Below are positions 38,381-48,677 of a stretch of DNA of 64,000 nt, in pieces (positions within the stretch are counted from its first letter, which is position 1; every line of letters starts with the position of its first letter). Location of the stretch: positions 32,001 to 96,000 of IMG/VR virus record IMGVR_UViG_3300025117_000036. One strand, given 5' to 3'. The notes beneath the pieces were generated by a model. It did no database searches. It had not been told where the DNA came from and worked only from the letters and a program-made list of their open reading frames with translations. This DNA comes from a virus. The position numbers and the translations under genes are program-made.

Positions 38381-40516
38381 TTATGAACCTATTGAAACAT
38401 ACTCGATTATAAAATGATCTGTAGAAAAAATTGAATCGTACATCGTAAATGATTGCAAATCGGATTCTTCTGCATATGTATAATCTTTTCTTTGCATTAC
38501 CCCATTTATGTATACGCGTAGTGAATTTGCTAAATAAACCGACGATGCAGAAAAACTAGTTCCTGTACTTCCTGTCAAATCTTCAAGAGTAACAATATTA
38601 CTTCCCGGCTCAAGCCCTGCTCCACCAATAAAAATACCATTGCGAAACATGATTTGACCCCCTCCTGCCATATCGAGGGTTGCGTCAATTCCAATATTTC
38701 CATCTGCATCATATAATTTAGGATCGCGAATGGTTACACCGTCTTTATCTATTAAAATATTAGTAATACCCGTAGTAGAATTTATATTTTCAATCGATAA
38801 ACTAGAACCAGCTAAAATTGTTCCAACCAAATTTGAACTTTTAGTTCCATAAACAATAATTCCATCAGGGGTAACAACTTTCCCAACAATTAATGATTTA
38901 TTATTTTTCCAATCATTCCAATTAGAATAATTAAAATCTACAGTAGATGTAGTTTGAATTGTATTTCCCATAAAATCTGAAAAAATAAAACTAGAATCAT
39001 CTAATCTTTGTCGATTTGACAATGTTATTTTAAATTTTTCAGGATCATCATAAGTAAATTCATATTGTAATAATGTGGCAGTAATTGTATAACCTTTTCC
39101 TGTATCTACTGTAATTTGATCGCCTAATTCTAATTGATCAATAAAATGAGAATAATCTTGTAGAGCAAGAAAATTTACAGAATTGATTGTAATTTGATAA
39201 CGAGGAATAGATAGCTTTGCCAGTGTTTCTACAGCTTTATCATATAATTTCTGTGTTTGCTCTTGAATTTCTGTTTCTGTCATAGAATCCGTTATAATGA
39301 TAGTGTTATCAACAAATCCATTTTCAAAAATAAAATTATTTAATTCTAACCATTGAGCATTAGTAAAATTGTCGGTATTCGAAAAAGCCAATAAATCATT
39401 TACTGTTTCCATTCCTTGAGTTACCGATGAAATATCATCAACTATTTCATCTACTATAATTGTTTGATCATTAACATAAGTCGTATCAGTTAATATTTGA
39501 TTATCAATATCGGTTGTATCTAAACCTTGTTGTAATCTAGCCGCACGTACTGCTTGATCGGCACTTAGTTGAGCCTCATATTCTGCCAATAAAGCCTGTT
39601 CAATAAGCCAATTGGTTTGTAATTCGCCTAATTCAACCGCAGAAGCACTATAAGAATCAGCGTAACTATCAAACTTTGTTTCCCACGCGTCTATAGCAGT
39701 TATTAAACTTTGGCTCATCCAACTTGTAGTTTTATAATAATCAAAATTATAAATTGTATTTGTACCCAAAGGATTCACGCTTCTAATAGTTAAATCTCCA
39801 CCTCCGTTAGGATACAAACAAGTTGCAATTTCATCAGTAATTTCATTATAATTTGTATTTAGAATTAGATTATCAAACGATAAAAATATATCTGTTTCAT
39901 TTCCACTTCCACTAGATGAAACAATAGAAATAGTTCTATTCAAATAATCAAAATCAAAGATACAGCCATAAGATTTAGATGCTTCCTCATTTAATAATTG
40001 ATATACGTTTGAATTAGACACATCAAACGTTCTATAAATACTATTTAAACTTGATTCTACAGTTCCAATTTCCCAATTGGGAACCAAATTTATCACGTGT
40101 CCCATTAGCGAATCAGGATCAGTAGGGCTTCCAGAATTATAAAGTAAATAAGTTCCAGAAAAAGCATTTATTTTTTTATAAACTAATTCCCCATCTAACG
40201 ATACACAATCAACATCTTTAATATAAATACTTCCATTACTATTTTCAGATACATCCGAAATTAAAAAATATCCCAAATCCCCTAACAAAACAATTCTTTT
40301 TCCAGCAATATAATCATATGCGTCTAAATCAACACCATCTATTTCTTCTGGAAACTTAAAAGATAATTCAGATAATGCATTCCATTTAAATTTCAATTCG
40401 ACTTCATATGCCGATTCTAAAGAATAAATTTGATCCAAATTAGGATTGCATAAAGTCATAGATGGACGTTCCTGCTTGCTAAAATAATCAAAATTTTGTT
40501 GCATATTACGCTCCAA
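38381..40516 (-). CDS. tail hub/spike (Tal-like) protein
   Basis: N..SELSF, RTFD, FD...RTI, L.IRSVN..G...I.NFDYY, L.LGD; follows Dit. Confidence 0.75.
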   Translation of the reverse strand: MERNMQQNFDYFSKQERPSMTLCNPNLDQIYSLESAYEVELKFKWNALSELSFKFPEEIDGVDLDAYDYIAGKRIVLLGDLGYFLISDVSENSNGSIYIKDVDCVSLDGELVYKKINAFSGTYLLYNSGSPTDPDSLMGHVINLVPNWEIGTVESSLNSIYRTFDVSNSNVYQLLNEEASKSYGCIFDFDYLNRTISIVSSSGSGNETDIFLSFDNLILNTNYNEITDEIATCLYPNGGGDLTIRSVNPLGTNTIYNFDYYKTTSWMSQSLITAIDAWETKFDSYADSYSASAVELGELQTNWLIEQALLAEYEAQLSADQAVRAARLQQGLDTTDIDNQILTDTTYVNDQTIIVDEIVDDISSVTQGMETVNDLLAFSNTDNFTNAQWLELNNFIFENGFVDNTIIITDSMTETEIQEQTQKLYDKAVETLAKLSIPRYQITINSVNFLALQDYSHFIDQLELGDQITVDTGKGYTITATLLQYEFTYDDPEKFKITLSNRQRLDDSSFIFSDFMGNTIQTTSTVDFNYSNWNDWKNNKSLIVGKVVTPDGIIVYGTKSSNLVGTILAGSSLSIENINSTTGITNILIDKDGVTIRDPKLYDADGNIGIDATLDMAGGGQIMFRNGIFIGGAGLEPGSNIVTLEDLTGSTGTSFSASSVYLANSLRVYINGVMQRKDYTYAEESDLQSFTMYDSIFSTDHFIIEYVSIGS

Positions 40517-41297
40517 TTTGTCTTAAGAATTGATATGTTAAAGACAATGTAGAAACACTTGAGCCACTAACCGCAAGCACGTTTACGCCGGGAACAAATC
40601 TTAAAAAATTCTTATTAAATTTGCTTAATATTGGAGAACCAGTAGAACTTGTAATAATTCCTAAATCATTATTTACATTAACAATTTCAGACCCCAACAA
40701 TCCAGTAAATGAAAAAATTCTATCATCGTCATTAGCATTCGTCATAGATAAGTTTCCACCACTCGTTCCCATTGTAAAATTTAATGTTGGATATAAATAC
40801 CCATTATCACAATGACTATTATTTTGAAAAGTGATAGATGTTGGTAAAGGATTTGTATATGTAATTGTTTTTGATCGAGTATAAGCAAATTGAGAATCTA
40901 ACTTACATGTTCCTGATACTCCATATACAACATTGCCAATTCTTCGAACTACAGGATCAGTAAATATGCATTGCATATAATATTCATCCATATCGTCTTG
41001 CATAATAGCAAAGTTTCTATAACTTGATTTATTAAATAACCAATTTAAAATAAAACTCAACATAGAAGCAGTAATTTCATTTTCCGAAAAGAAAGCTACA
41101 GGAAATTCTAATCTGGAAGTATATTGTATTCCATAAAAATAAGGTTTTGGCTTTTTGTAAATAAAAGTCTCTAAAATTTCAGTATTGCCACTAGCCTTAT
41201 TGCTACTCATTCCTCCTGCTTCTATACTCGCTATTTGTAAACCATAAGTATCTGAATCGATACTATCATAAACAAAAGATTTAGCGTGAAATGCCAT
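40506..41297 (-). CDS. distal tail protein (Dit-like)
   Basis: F.YD...S..YGL, I..WL, YP...F, E.V...N, FNKNFLR.VPG.N; directly downstream of the TMP gene. Confidence 0.75.
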   Translation of the reverse strand: MAFHAKSFVYDSIDSDTYGLQIASIEAGGMSSNKASGNTEILETFIYKKPKPYFYGIQYTSRLEFPVAFFSENEITASMLSFILNWLFNKSSYRNFAIMQDDMDEYYMQCIFTDPVVRRIGNVVYGVSGTCKLDSQFAYTRSKTITYTNPLPTSITFQNNSHCDNGYLYPTLNFTMGTSGGNLSMTNANDDDRIFSFTGLLGSEIVNVNNDLGIITSSTGSPILSKFNKNFLRFVPGVNVLAVSGSSVSTLSLTYQFLRQIGA

Positions 41298-41311
41298 AAT
41301 AATTTCTCCTT

Positions 41312-41346
41312 AAAAGGGAAGATGCAATTTATACATCTTCCCTTTT
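41312..41346. terminator. hairpin between the TMP and Dit genes
   Basis: AAAAGGGAAGATG / CATCTTCCCTTTT stem. Confidence 0.55.
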
Positions 41347-41374
41347 TTATTTTATTTTATATCTATATTTATGT

Positions 41375-44300
41375 TTATGTTTGAAATAGTTGCGCTCCTC
41401 GTGTATAACCACGTTTTGTTAAACTATTGTTTAATTGTTTGATAACCTCATTAGCCACGACTCTAACATCACCTAGAACATTTTCATCTAAATTGCCTTC
41501 AACATTAATTAAATTTTGAATTACAATATCTCCAACGGAACTTATGTTTCCCCCGATTATATTTGTAGTTAAAGAATTTAATAACGAAGACAATCTATCT
41601 CCTCGTAAGAATGTATCGGCTCTAAACCCACCCGTAACCATTTCTGGTGAGAAACCATATTTTCTACCACCAGTAACCATTTCAGGAGAACTAGGATCAT
41701 ACCTAAATCCACCAGTAACCATCTCTGGCGAAAAGCCTTGACCTTTTCTACCACCAGTAACCATTTCAGGAGAATCTATAGGATCGGCTCTAAACCCACC
41801 TGTAACCATCTCAGGAGTAAAACCCTCTCGTCCATTACCTCTAAACCCACCAGTTACCATTTCAGGAGTAAAACTTTCTCCTTCTGCCCTAAATCCACCA
41901 GTAACCATCTCAGGAGTAAAACCACGATTGGCTTTTCCAAAAGTCCCATTATCATTACCACTATCACCAGGAACATATGGTTTGCCACTACTGAAATCGC
42001 TTTTTCCAAGAATAACATCTAAAAGATTGTTATACTCTTCCAATGCTCTTACAGCCTCATTCCACGCACGAACAATATCTTCTTCAATGCCGGAACCATA
42101 AACTTCATTCCATGCTACCAATTCTTCATATAAATCTGGCCCCATTTGCGCCATTCGTTCTAATGCGGCTTGACCAATCAAGCCAGATTTACTTAAAAAT
42201 TCATCGATTGCATCAATAGTGTCTTGCAAAACATCATATTCTTGATCTAATAAGTCAAATTGGGTTTGTAATAAGGTCTTTTGGTTTTCGATATATTGTT
42301 TATATAATTCATATTCTTCGTCAAGACGATTTTCCGTTAATTCTATTTCGTGTTCTCTTTGAGTTTCATCTAAATCAGAAAGTTCTTCTTCTAGTTCTTC
42401 CCGTAATTCCAATTGACGCTTTTTTGATTCCGCTGAATCGTCTAATGCTAGTATAGCCAATTCTTTTTGAAGTTTTTGAATAGATTTATTTTTATCTGCA
42501 ATTTCTTCTTGATAATCTAATTCATCTTCTTGTGTTTGAAGAATTTCTTTTCGAGCATCGATTATCTTTTCATAATCTTCTAACTGTTTATCTAAAGCGT
42601 CTTGCTGTTGCTTTAGTATTTCTTGTTCTTGACGGAGAGCATCTTGCTTTTCACGAATCAATTCTTTTTCAGCTTCTTTTTCTTGCCGAATAAGATTAAT
42701 AATCATCTGGTAGAGGTTTGCGCCGGAATATGTAGGTTCTTCTTTGGCTTTTTCAGCCCCACCTCCACCACCGCCACCTCCACCACCGCCACTTTTAGGC
42801 GGCTCAGAAGGTGTACCTTGATGCGCATTTGCCCAATCATAACCCATTGAACCATATGCAATGCCTTCATCGTCTACTGTTACATGAAAACGAATATAAT
42901 AATCACCAGCCGCCGCCAATGCCGCTAATCTAACTCTATCTAAAACAGCAATGGCTTCCTCACCCGCGCCTGACATAGCCAATGTAACGAATTCGGTCAT
43001 GCCTTGAACAACGGCAGAAGTATTTGCATCAATAAGGCCCCAGGCTGTTCCAATATCGTCCATCATTTTAAAAGCCGCTTGCTGTATTGCTAAAGCTTGA
43101 GCGGGGTGAAGACGACTTAAATCCATTTGCATAACACGTTGTAGCATCATTCCATAAATAATGCGTCGTGTTGCTAATTCATGTTCAGCGGCAAGTGCAT
43201 CAACCGCCCTAGAGGTATTGTTAAATTCTTCTTTTAATTTAATTAACTCAGCCCTTTGTTCATCAGAAAAAGGCTGTGCTTCAACCCTCATAATTTGTAC
43301 TCTTAATTCCGCTAATTTATCAACAAGTTCATTATGACTTTCTATATAACTATCACGAGCATCGGTCATACTTGTATCTAAAGAAGCCGCAAGATCACTA
43401 AAAAGACCAGCAATTTCATTGCGCGCATCTTCGGTAGCAGGAATTAAATCATTTTTAATCATCTCGACCCATGCACCAACAAGGTCTGCTTGTATATACA
43501 ATTCAGCACTATAAGGATTAGCTTCAGAAACACCTCTAGCTTGCAAAGCAACTAAATCTGCTTGTGCTTGAATATACGCCCTTACTGCTTCTTCGTTTAG
43601 TACTAATTGATCTCCTTCAAGTACAAGAAAATCAGTATAATCCTTATTGACAGCAGATAATGCCGCAATGTCATCAGCAGATAATTGTTGTCCACTTTGC
43701 GATTTGCTTAATAAATCTAAATAAACTTTTAATTCAGTATTTAAATTTGTAATTATTGTAGATAAATCGCCAAACCCCCCCGCAATTTGAGGGGCAATAG
43801 TTAATGGTTTTGGAAGATTAACGTTACCGCCAACATCTTTCCAATCATCAACCTCTGATTTCATTGCTCCCCTTCTACTTACACCAACATCTTGCCAGCC
43901 AACAGAAATATCAGCTAATACATTAACATAATGTTCATATTCAATTATAAGAGACTTAGCAGCAGAAATTTCATTATTTAAAGTCTCATATTCTTTACCC
44001 ATTAATCCGGTAATATCTTTATGAGTCTCTAAATATTTACCTAGTTGAGTTAATTGTTCTTCGGGAGTGCCATATAAATCAACTCTTTGCCACGCGGGGC
44101 CAGCCCCACTCATCGTTTTTGCTTCTAGGAATTTTTTTTGTTCTTCATAGGCGCGTCTATTCTTATTAATGAACTCTATTTCTTCAAATTTTGCTTTTTC
44201 TTTAAGCCATTCGATATTTTCATCAATCGCTTGACTATTCCTATCAATTGCGTCTGAATATAGTGTAATGCCCTCAGTTAACCCACCATATTTAGTATTT

Positions 44301-44944
44301 ACAATTGTTTGTATATCAAGCAATCTAATTAAATCATCTGAATTTTTATTTTGTTTGTTTGCTAATGCTTCATATTCTTTGGCTAAACTAGAAAGTTCGT
44401 TTTTATTATCGTCTGTTTGACGTTTTAGTTTTTCAAAATTAGTATAGGTTTCAACCGCTGAAGTATTCAATCTATTAAATAAAGCGATTAAACCAACAAT
44501 AGCTAGACCTAAAGTCATTCCTCCTAAAGAAATAGACAACGCATTTACTGCCGTACTAGTCATAGTGACAGTACCAGTTAAGCTAATAAACGCGGTAATT
44601 AATGTATATATTGTACTAGTTAATCCAGGTATAACCAAAGCAAGTTTAGTTATCATGAAAGTAGCTAAAGCTACTAATGCTATATTAAGAACCCCCAAAT
44701 TATCTGCAACTTCTAATAACACAATACCAAACTCAAGAAATTTTTTTACCAATTCTTCAGTAATGGTATCTTGAACTACTTTTTCCCAAGTCGCAGTAAA
44801 TTTATTAGTGGTTGCCTCTAGACCTTCCATATATATACCGAATCTTTGGGCGGCAAGTCCAGAGGATTCAGTTTGAATTTTTTGTGCTTCTAATACTTGG
44901 TTGTAATTCTCCATAAGTGCGATGAAATTTTCACGTTGCCGAAC
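41375..44944 (-). CDS. tape measure protein, exon 4
   Basis: The frame extends upstream of the ORF-track ATG as VRQRENFIALMENY; long helical protein; spliced total 1711 aa. Confidence 0.85.
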   Translation of the reverse strand, partial: VRQRENFIALMENYNQVLEAQKIQTESSGLAAQRFGIYMEGLEATTNKFTATWEKVVQDTITEELVKKFLEFGIVLLEVADNLGVLNIALVALATFMITKLALVIPGLTSTIYTLITAFISLTGTVTMTSTAVNALSISLGGMTLGLAIVGLIALFNRLNTSAVETYTNFEKLKRQTDDNKNELSSLAKEYEALANKQNKNSDDLIRLLDIQTIVNTKYGGLTEGITLYSDAIDRNSQAIDENIEWLKEKAKFEEIEFINKNRRAYEEQKKFLEAKTMSGAGPAWQRVDLYGTPEEQLTQLGKYLETHKDITGLMGKEYETLNNEISAAKSLIIEYEHYVNVLADISVGWQDVGVSRRGAMKSEVDDWKDVGGNVNLPKPLTIAPQIAGGFGDLSTIITNLNTELKVYLDLLSKSQSGQQLSADDIAALSAVNKDYTDFLVLEGDQLVLNEEAVRAYIQAQADLVALQARGVSEANPYSAELYIQADLVGAWVEMIKNDLIPATEDARNEIAGLFSDLAASLDTSMTDARDSYIESHNELVDKLAELRVQIMRVEAQPFSDEQRAELIKLKEEFNNTSRAVDALAAEHELATRRIIYGMMLQRVMQMDLSRLHPAQALAIQQAAFKMMDDIGTAWGLIDANTSAVVQGMTEFVTLAMSGAGEEAIAVLDRVRLAALAAAGDYYIRFHVTVDDEGIAYGSMGYDWANAHQGTPSEPPKSGGGGGGGGGGGAEKAKEEPTYSGANLYQMIINLIRQEKEAEKELIREKQDALRQEQEILKQQQDALDKQLEDYEKIIDARKEILQTQEDELDYQEEIADKNKSIQKLQKELAILALDDSAESKKRQLELREELEEELSDLDETQREHEIELTENRLDEEYELYKQYIENQKTLLQTQFDLLDQEYDVLQDTIDAIDEFLSKSGLIGQAALERMAQMGPDLYEELVAWNEVYGSGIEEDIVRAWNEAVRALEEYNNLLDVILGKSDFSSGKPYVPGDSGNDNGTFGKANRGFTPEMVTGGFRAEGESFTPEMVTGGFRGNGREGFTPEMVTGGFRADPIDSPEMVTGGRKGQGFSPEMVTGGFRYDPSSPEMVTGGRKYGFSPEMVTGGFRADTFLRGDRLSSLLNSLTTNIIGGNISSVGDIVIQNLINVEGNLDENVLGDVRVVANEVIKQLNNSLTKRGYTRGAQLFQT
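41618..41923 (-). repeat. 7 coding repeats of PEMVTGG in the TMP C-terminus
   Basis: GFTPEMVTGGFRAEGESFTPEMVTGGFRG...; peptide core invariant, codons vary synonymously. Confidence 0.9.
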
Positions 44945-46462
44945 TTTTCTGTTGCTTTCGCACCGTGAATATGCTACTAACCGTTATTCTTCAACGGCGA
45001 TTAAGTATTTCTACTTAATTCTGCAATTTCAATATGTTATAGTTGCAGAGCAGACCATATCTTTTTCTTATATAAAATAAGAAAGATGACGCGGACATTT
45101 ATATCACTATAAATATCCAATTGGTCGTTACGGATTTTCAAAAATTATAAAAACTGACTAAAAATAGTGTGTAGTTTAGTCAAATCTTTTCGATAAATTT
45201 CAATTAATTTTATATTATTATCTTTGCAAATACTTCTTTTTTCTTCCATTCGTTTATAATAAACAGGTTTTTCAGGCATTCCAAAAAATTCTATAAATAC
45301 ACTTTTATTTATTACCCAATCAACTCTTTTCAAACCACATCTTTTATCATTACAATGTAGGTTATATAATTCTTCTTTTTTATATTCGATACTATTATTT
45401 ATTAAATAATTTGTAATAGATAATTCAGATTTTGAAAAGCATAAATCGTTATTTAAAGAATAATAAATATTAGATTCTCCATATAGTGAGGAATTTGCAT
45501 CTAATTGTGCTAACTCACAAGCATTTCTGTAACCCCCAAAACGCCTTTCATATGTTTTCATAGATGGAAGTCCAAATGCAGCAAGTTCTGATCCATAAGG
45601 AGTTCTCCCTAACTTATTGCCTAATTCTTGTAATTGCTGTATCATAATATTTTCATCATACCATTTTACGCTCTTTTCTTTACTCTTGTGCAATCCAAAT
45701 TTTAACGCCATCGTTCGTATACTTTCAGGAGTTCTATTAAAAAAATATTTTTCACACAAATATTTATTTGTATAATCAGGATAGTATTTTTTTAATAATG
45801 CTATATTTTCATCAGTCCAATCTTGATTTATTTTAAATCCTAATTTACTTATCTTAGTGCGAATTGCAGATAGTGTTCTATTTAATTTTTTAGCAATATC
45901 AGCATAAGACATCAAATTATAATTAGAAATTATAAAGTCAATTTCTTTAGACGTATAATCTCTATTTTTTTCAACAATTATTCCTAATTCGGAAGCTTTA
46001 TGTCGTATTGAATCAATGTCATTATTTTCTAGTTTTTCCATCAATAAAACATAATTTCCATAGGGATATAACTCCTTTAATATTTCAAGTCTATTTTCAG
46101 TCCATTGATATCTGCCTATGCCTAGTTCTGTAACCAATTTATAAATAGCATTTTTATTCCTGTTTATATGTTTGGCTATTTCATCAATGGAAATTTTTCC
46201 ATAGTTATTTATTAAATATTCTTTATCTTGCGTTGTAAATACTTTTATTTTTCCCACGATTATTTCTCCAGAAATATTTGCTACACATCAAATATTTCTA
46301 ATAAATTATTGTTTATAATTTTTGAATCTTTCCTCGGAGTTGTCTACTTCTAGAGTTTCCCCGATATGGTCATCTTCTGAAATTTTTATTTTACCACACA
46401 TTTATGCATGATAAAAAATGCAAATTTCCATATGTCACCATATGTTCTGGCATTCTATTTTT
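44945..46462 (-). mobile_element. group I intron 3 of TMP (ORF-containing)
   Basis: P1 CUGGU/GCCAG; P3 AGAUGAC/GUCAUCU; P AUAUCGGGGAAAC; Q AACUCCGAGGAAAG; P7 GACCA/UGGUC (S: AAGAUAUGGUCU); removal gives AIAG|VRQRENF. Confidence 0.88.
45145..46257 (-). CDS. intron-encoded putative homing endonuclease
   Basis: WT.E....L repeats, LGRTP...PS..TY..RFG repeat, C-terminal DW....IEFFG nuclease-like domain; GTG start after GGAG. Confidence 0.7.
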   Translation of the reverse strand: MGKIKVFTTQDKEYLINNYGKISIDEIAKHINRNKNAIYKLVTELGIGRYQWTENRLEILKELYPYGNYVLLMEKLENNDIDSIRHKASELGIIVEKNRDYTSKEIDFIISNYNLMSYADIAKKLNRTLSAIRTKISKLGFKINQDWTDENIALLKKYYPDYTNKYLCEKYFFNRTPESIRTMALKFGLHKSKEKSVKWYDENIMIQQLQELGNKLGRTPYGSELAAFGLPSMKTYERRFGGYRNACELAQLDANSSLYGESNIYYSLNNDLCFSKSELSITNYLINNSIEYKKEELYNLHCNDKRCGLKRVDWVINKSVFIEFFGMPEKPVYYKRMEEKRSICKDNNIKLIEIYRKDLTKLHTIFSQFL

Positions 46463-46696
46463 ACCAGCAATAGCATTTGCAACAGCACTTTGTTCTACCT
46501 CATTCATGTTCTCCCACTTACCAGCAATTTCGTCTAAAACATCGCCCATTGGACGGAATGAGGTTTCTGAATCACGTAGTTTAATGTTTACTAAGGAGAG
46601 TGCTTTTTCTACATCGTTGATATTTGTAACTTCATCTTCGAATAATTTACCTAATTTTATTGCTTGGAGTCGTGCGAATATGGTTTTGAAGGATTC
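46463..46696 (-). CDS. tape measure protein, exon 3
   Basis: ESFKTIFARL...NDVEKAL...FRPMGDVLDEIAGKW...SAVANAIAG (TMP core). Confidence 0.9.
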
Positions 46697-46959
46697 CAAT
46701 TTTGTTATCGCCAAGCTTTTTATCTTGACTTCTTATGCTTTTCCATTGCATAAGTTCGGCGTACATTTTTATCCACAAGGGATAACGGATACTCTTGGAG
46801 AGATTATATTTATTCACTCTCTACGCTCTACGGTATCAAAAAACCTTTCGCTATTTTTTTGATTACCTCGGTATTTTCCATTTTTATTATTTGGAGGAAT
46901 TCACCGATTTTACCCATTCATAATTTTATGCATTACTGTATAAAACGGCAATTAATCTT
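46697..46959 (-). mobile_element. group I intron 2 of TMP (263 nt, ORF-less)
   Basis: 5' exon ends in U, intron ends in G; P3 AUGGGUA/UAUCCGU; P AAAUCGGUGAA; Q AAUACCGAGGUAA; P7 GCGUA/UACGC; removal gives SADSIG|ESFKTIF. Confidence 0.9.
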
Positions 46960-47119
46960 ACCAATGCTATCCGCACTTTTTCTAGTGGTTGCCGAAACGA
47001 TTGACACGTAACTAGCCAGCTCGTCAAAGCTGACTCCGGCTTGCTGTGCAGAATTTGCAGACCTTTGCATAGCACTACTAATTTCTTCCACTGACGTCGC
47101 ATACTGATTGTCTAATGCC
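46960..47119 (-). CDS. tape measure protein, exon 2 (absent from ORF track)
   Basis: ALDNQYATSVEEISSAMQRSANSAQQAGVSFDELASYVSIVSATTRKSADSIG. Confidence 0.9.
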
Positions 47120-48677
47120 CAATCTGTTACTTCGAGTTCGACAAAACTCTTATGACCTCAATAGAGGCGTTTAGGAATTTCTTCCTAAATCAGCAATTTT
47201 AATACCTCACATAGTATTTGCTGTTCCGACTGTATATTCACCCTCATAAGAGGGGGATGACTTCAGGATACTTGTTACCAAATACCCCCCGCAGTCTGTA
47301 GAGGTTCTTTATTTTATATTTAATGAATATATTCTTCAAAAATAAACAAAAGATTACTTAAATCTTTTTTATATAAATCCAAAAGTGAAACGTTATTATT
47401 TTTACAAATTTCCATTTTATTTTCTGATTTATCGGCATACCCCTGATCACGCTCCAATCCAAAATATTCTACAACTAATCCATCTTGTAAAACCCAATCG
47501 GCCCTATATTTTCTGTCAAAAAACGGAATAAATTCAGAATATAAAACTTCTTTTGTATATGAAATATTATTATCAATAAAAAAATCAGTAATATCTTTTT
47601 CTGGAATAGAATAACATAAATCTCCATTTTTAGAAAAGCATCTTTTTCCCATACTGGAATCCGAAAATATATCTACATTGGCTAAAACTAAGGCATTTGT
47701 ATAACTTCCAAAACGATCATAATAAGTGTCAACAGAAGGGAGTCGCCTATCTTTTTGAACATCGTCTATGGACGGAGTCCTTCCTAATTCTTCTTCCAAT
47801 ATCTTAAGTGATTGTAATAAATCATCATCTGAAAAATCCATCAATATTTTTCTTTGACGAAATGGTTCTATTTCCAATATTCTACAGCGTCCTTCAACAA
47901 AAATAGCTGATCTTTTTAATTTTCTACCCATTTCTATTGATGTCATATTCACATAATTTTGTAAAATAAATCTATCTTCTTCATCCGTAGCAAATTTTAC
48001 AGCAGTAAACTTTTCACCATTGGATTTTATTCTATTTAAACCCATTTCGCGAGCCTTTTTGCCAATTGCCTTCCAGCTTTTGTTTAATGTTTCGCAAATA
48101 AAAATCTTATTTCCGGTTGGAAAATTATCAATCAAAAATTGTTTATCTTCTTCTGTCCACCAAAATCCAGATTTTACATTTAGTAAATTAGCCATTCCAT
48201 GAATACAAGCTTGAGTTCTTCCTAAATCTTTTGCTATTTCTTTATAGGTTTTATGTAAAGAATTTTTCTTTATATATTCTTTTTCTTCTTCAGAAAAATA
48301 TCTTGATCCATCCGATTTTATATTTCTTTTTAAACCTAATTCACTTGCCTTACTAGCAAGAGAACCTTTACTTCTTTTAAATCGTTCAATTAATTTTTCC
48401 ATTGGCTCTGTTGGATATAATTCTATAAATAAATTTAAATCTTCTTCGCTCCAAACATTTTTCATATCAATTTTTTATTACTTCCTTATCCATTATTTTA
48501 TTATCTTATTATTTCATTAAATATAAAACAAAGTCTTCCTTCGGTCTGACCTTTGTGAATAGGCTTTAACCGATATAGTCATCTTCTAATCGGCAATATT
48601 ACAAAAAATTATATCAGTAAATATAATAATTTACAATACCGCCAACCCATGTGTTACCACATGTTCTGGCAAAACTT
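47120..48677 (-). mobile_element. group I intron 1 of TMP (ORF-containing)
   Basis: P1 CUGGU/GCCAG; P3 GAUGACU/AGUCAUC; P7 GACUG/CAGUC (S: GAAUAUACAGUCGG); terminal G; removal gives VSKLV|ALDNQY. Confidence 0.9.
47320..48465 (-). CDS. intron-encoded putative homing endonuclease
   Basis: WSEED/WTEED repeats, LGRTPS...LPSVDTYYDRFGS, YRADW....VVEYFG; paralog of 45145..46257. Confidence 0.7.
   Translation of the reverse strand: MKNVWSEEDLNLFIELYPTEPMEKLIERFKRSKGSLASKASELGLKRNIKSDGSRYFSEEEKEYIKKNSLHKTYKEIAKDLGRTQACIHGMANLLNVKSGFWWTEEDKQFLIDNFPTGNKIFICETLNKSWKAIGKKAREMGLNRIKSNGEKFTAVKFATDEEDRFILQNYVNMTSIEMGRKLKRSAIFVEGRCRILEIEPFRQRKILMDFSDDDLLQSLKILEEELGRTPSIDDVQKDRRLPSVDTYYDRFGSYTNALVLANVDIFSDSSMGKRCFSKNGDLCYSIPEKDITDFFIDNNISYTKEVLYSEFIPFFDRKYRADWVLQDGLVVEYFGLERDQGYADKSENKMEICKNNNVSLLDLYKKDLSNLLFIFEEYIH

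Noticed and set aside
41618-41923. Direct repeats (CCACCAGTAACCATTTCAGGAG-like) as a CRISPR array
   Set aside because: They are in frame within the TMP gene, vary at third codon positions, have short irregular linkers, and no cas genes are present.
42758-42791. Poly-Gly GC-rich tract in the TMP gene
   Set aside because: A common flexible linker in tape measure proteins.
46391-46714. 107-aa ORF as a stand-alone gene
   Set aside because: It is TMP exon 3 with read-through into intron sequence on both sides.
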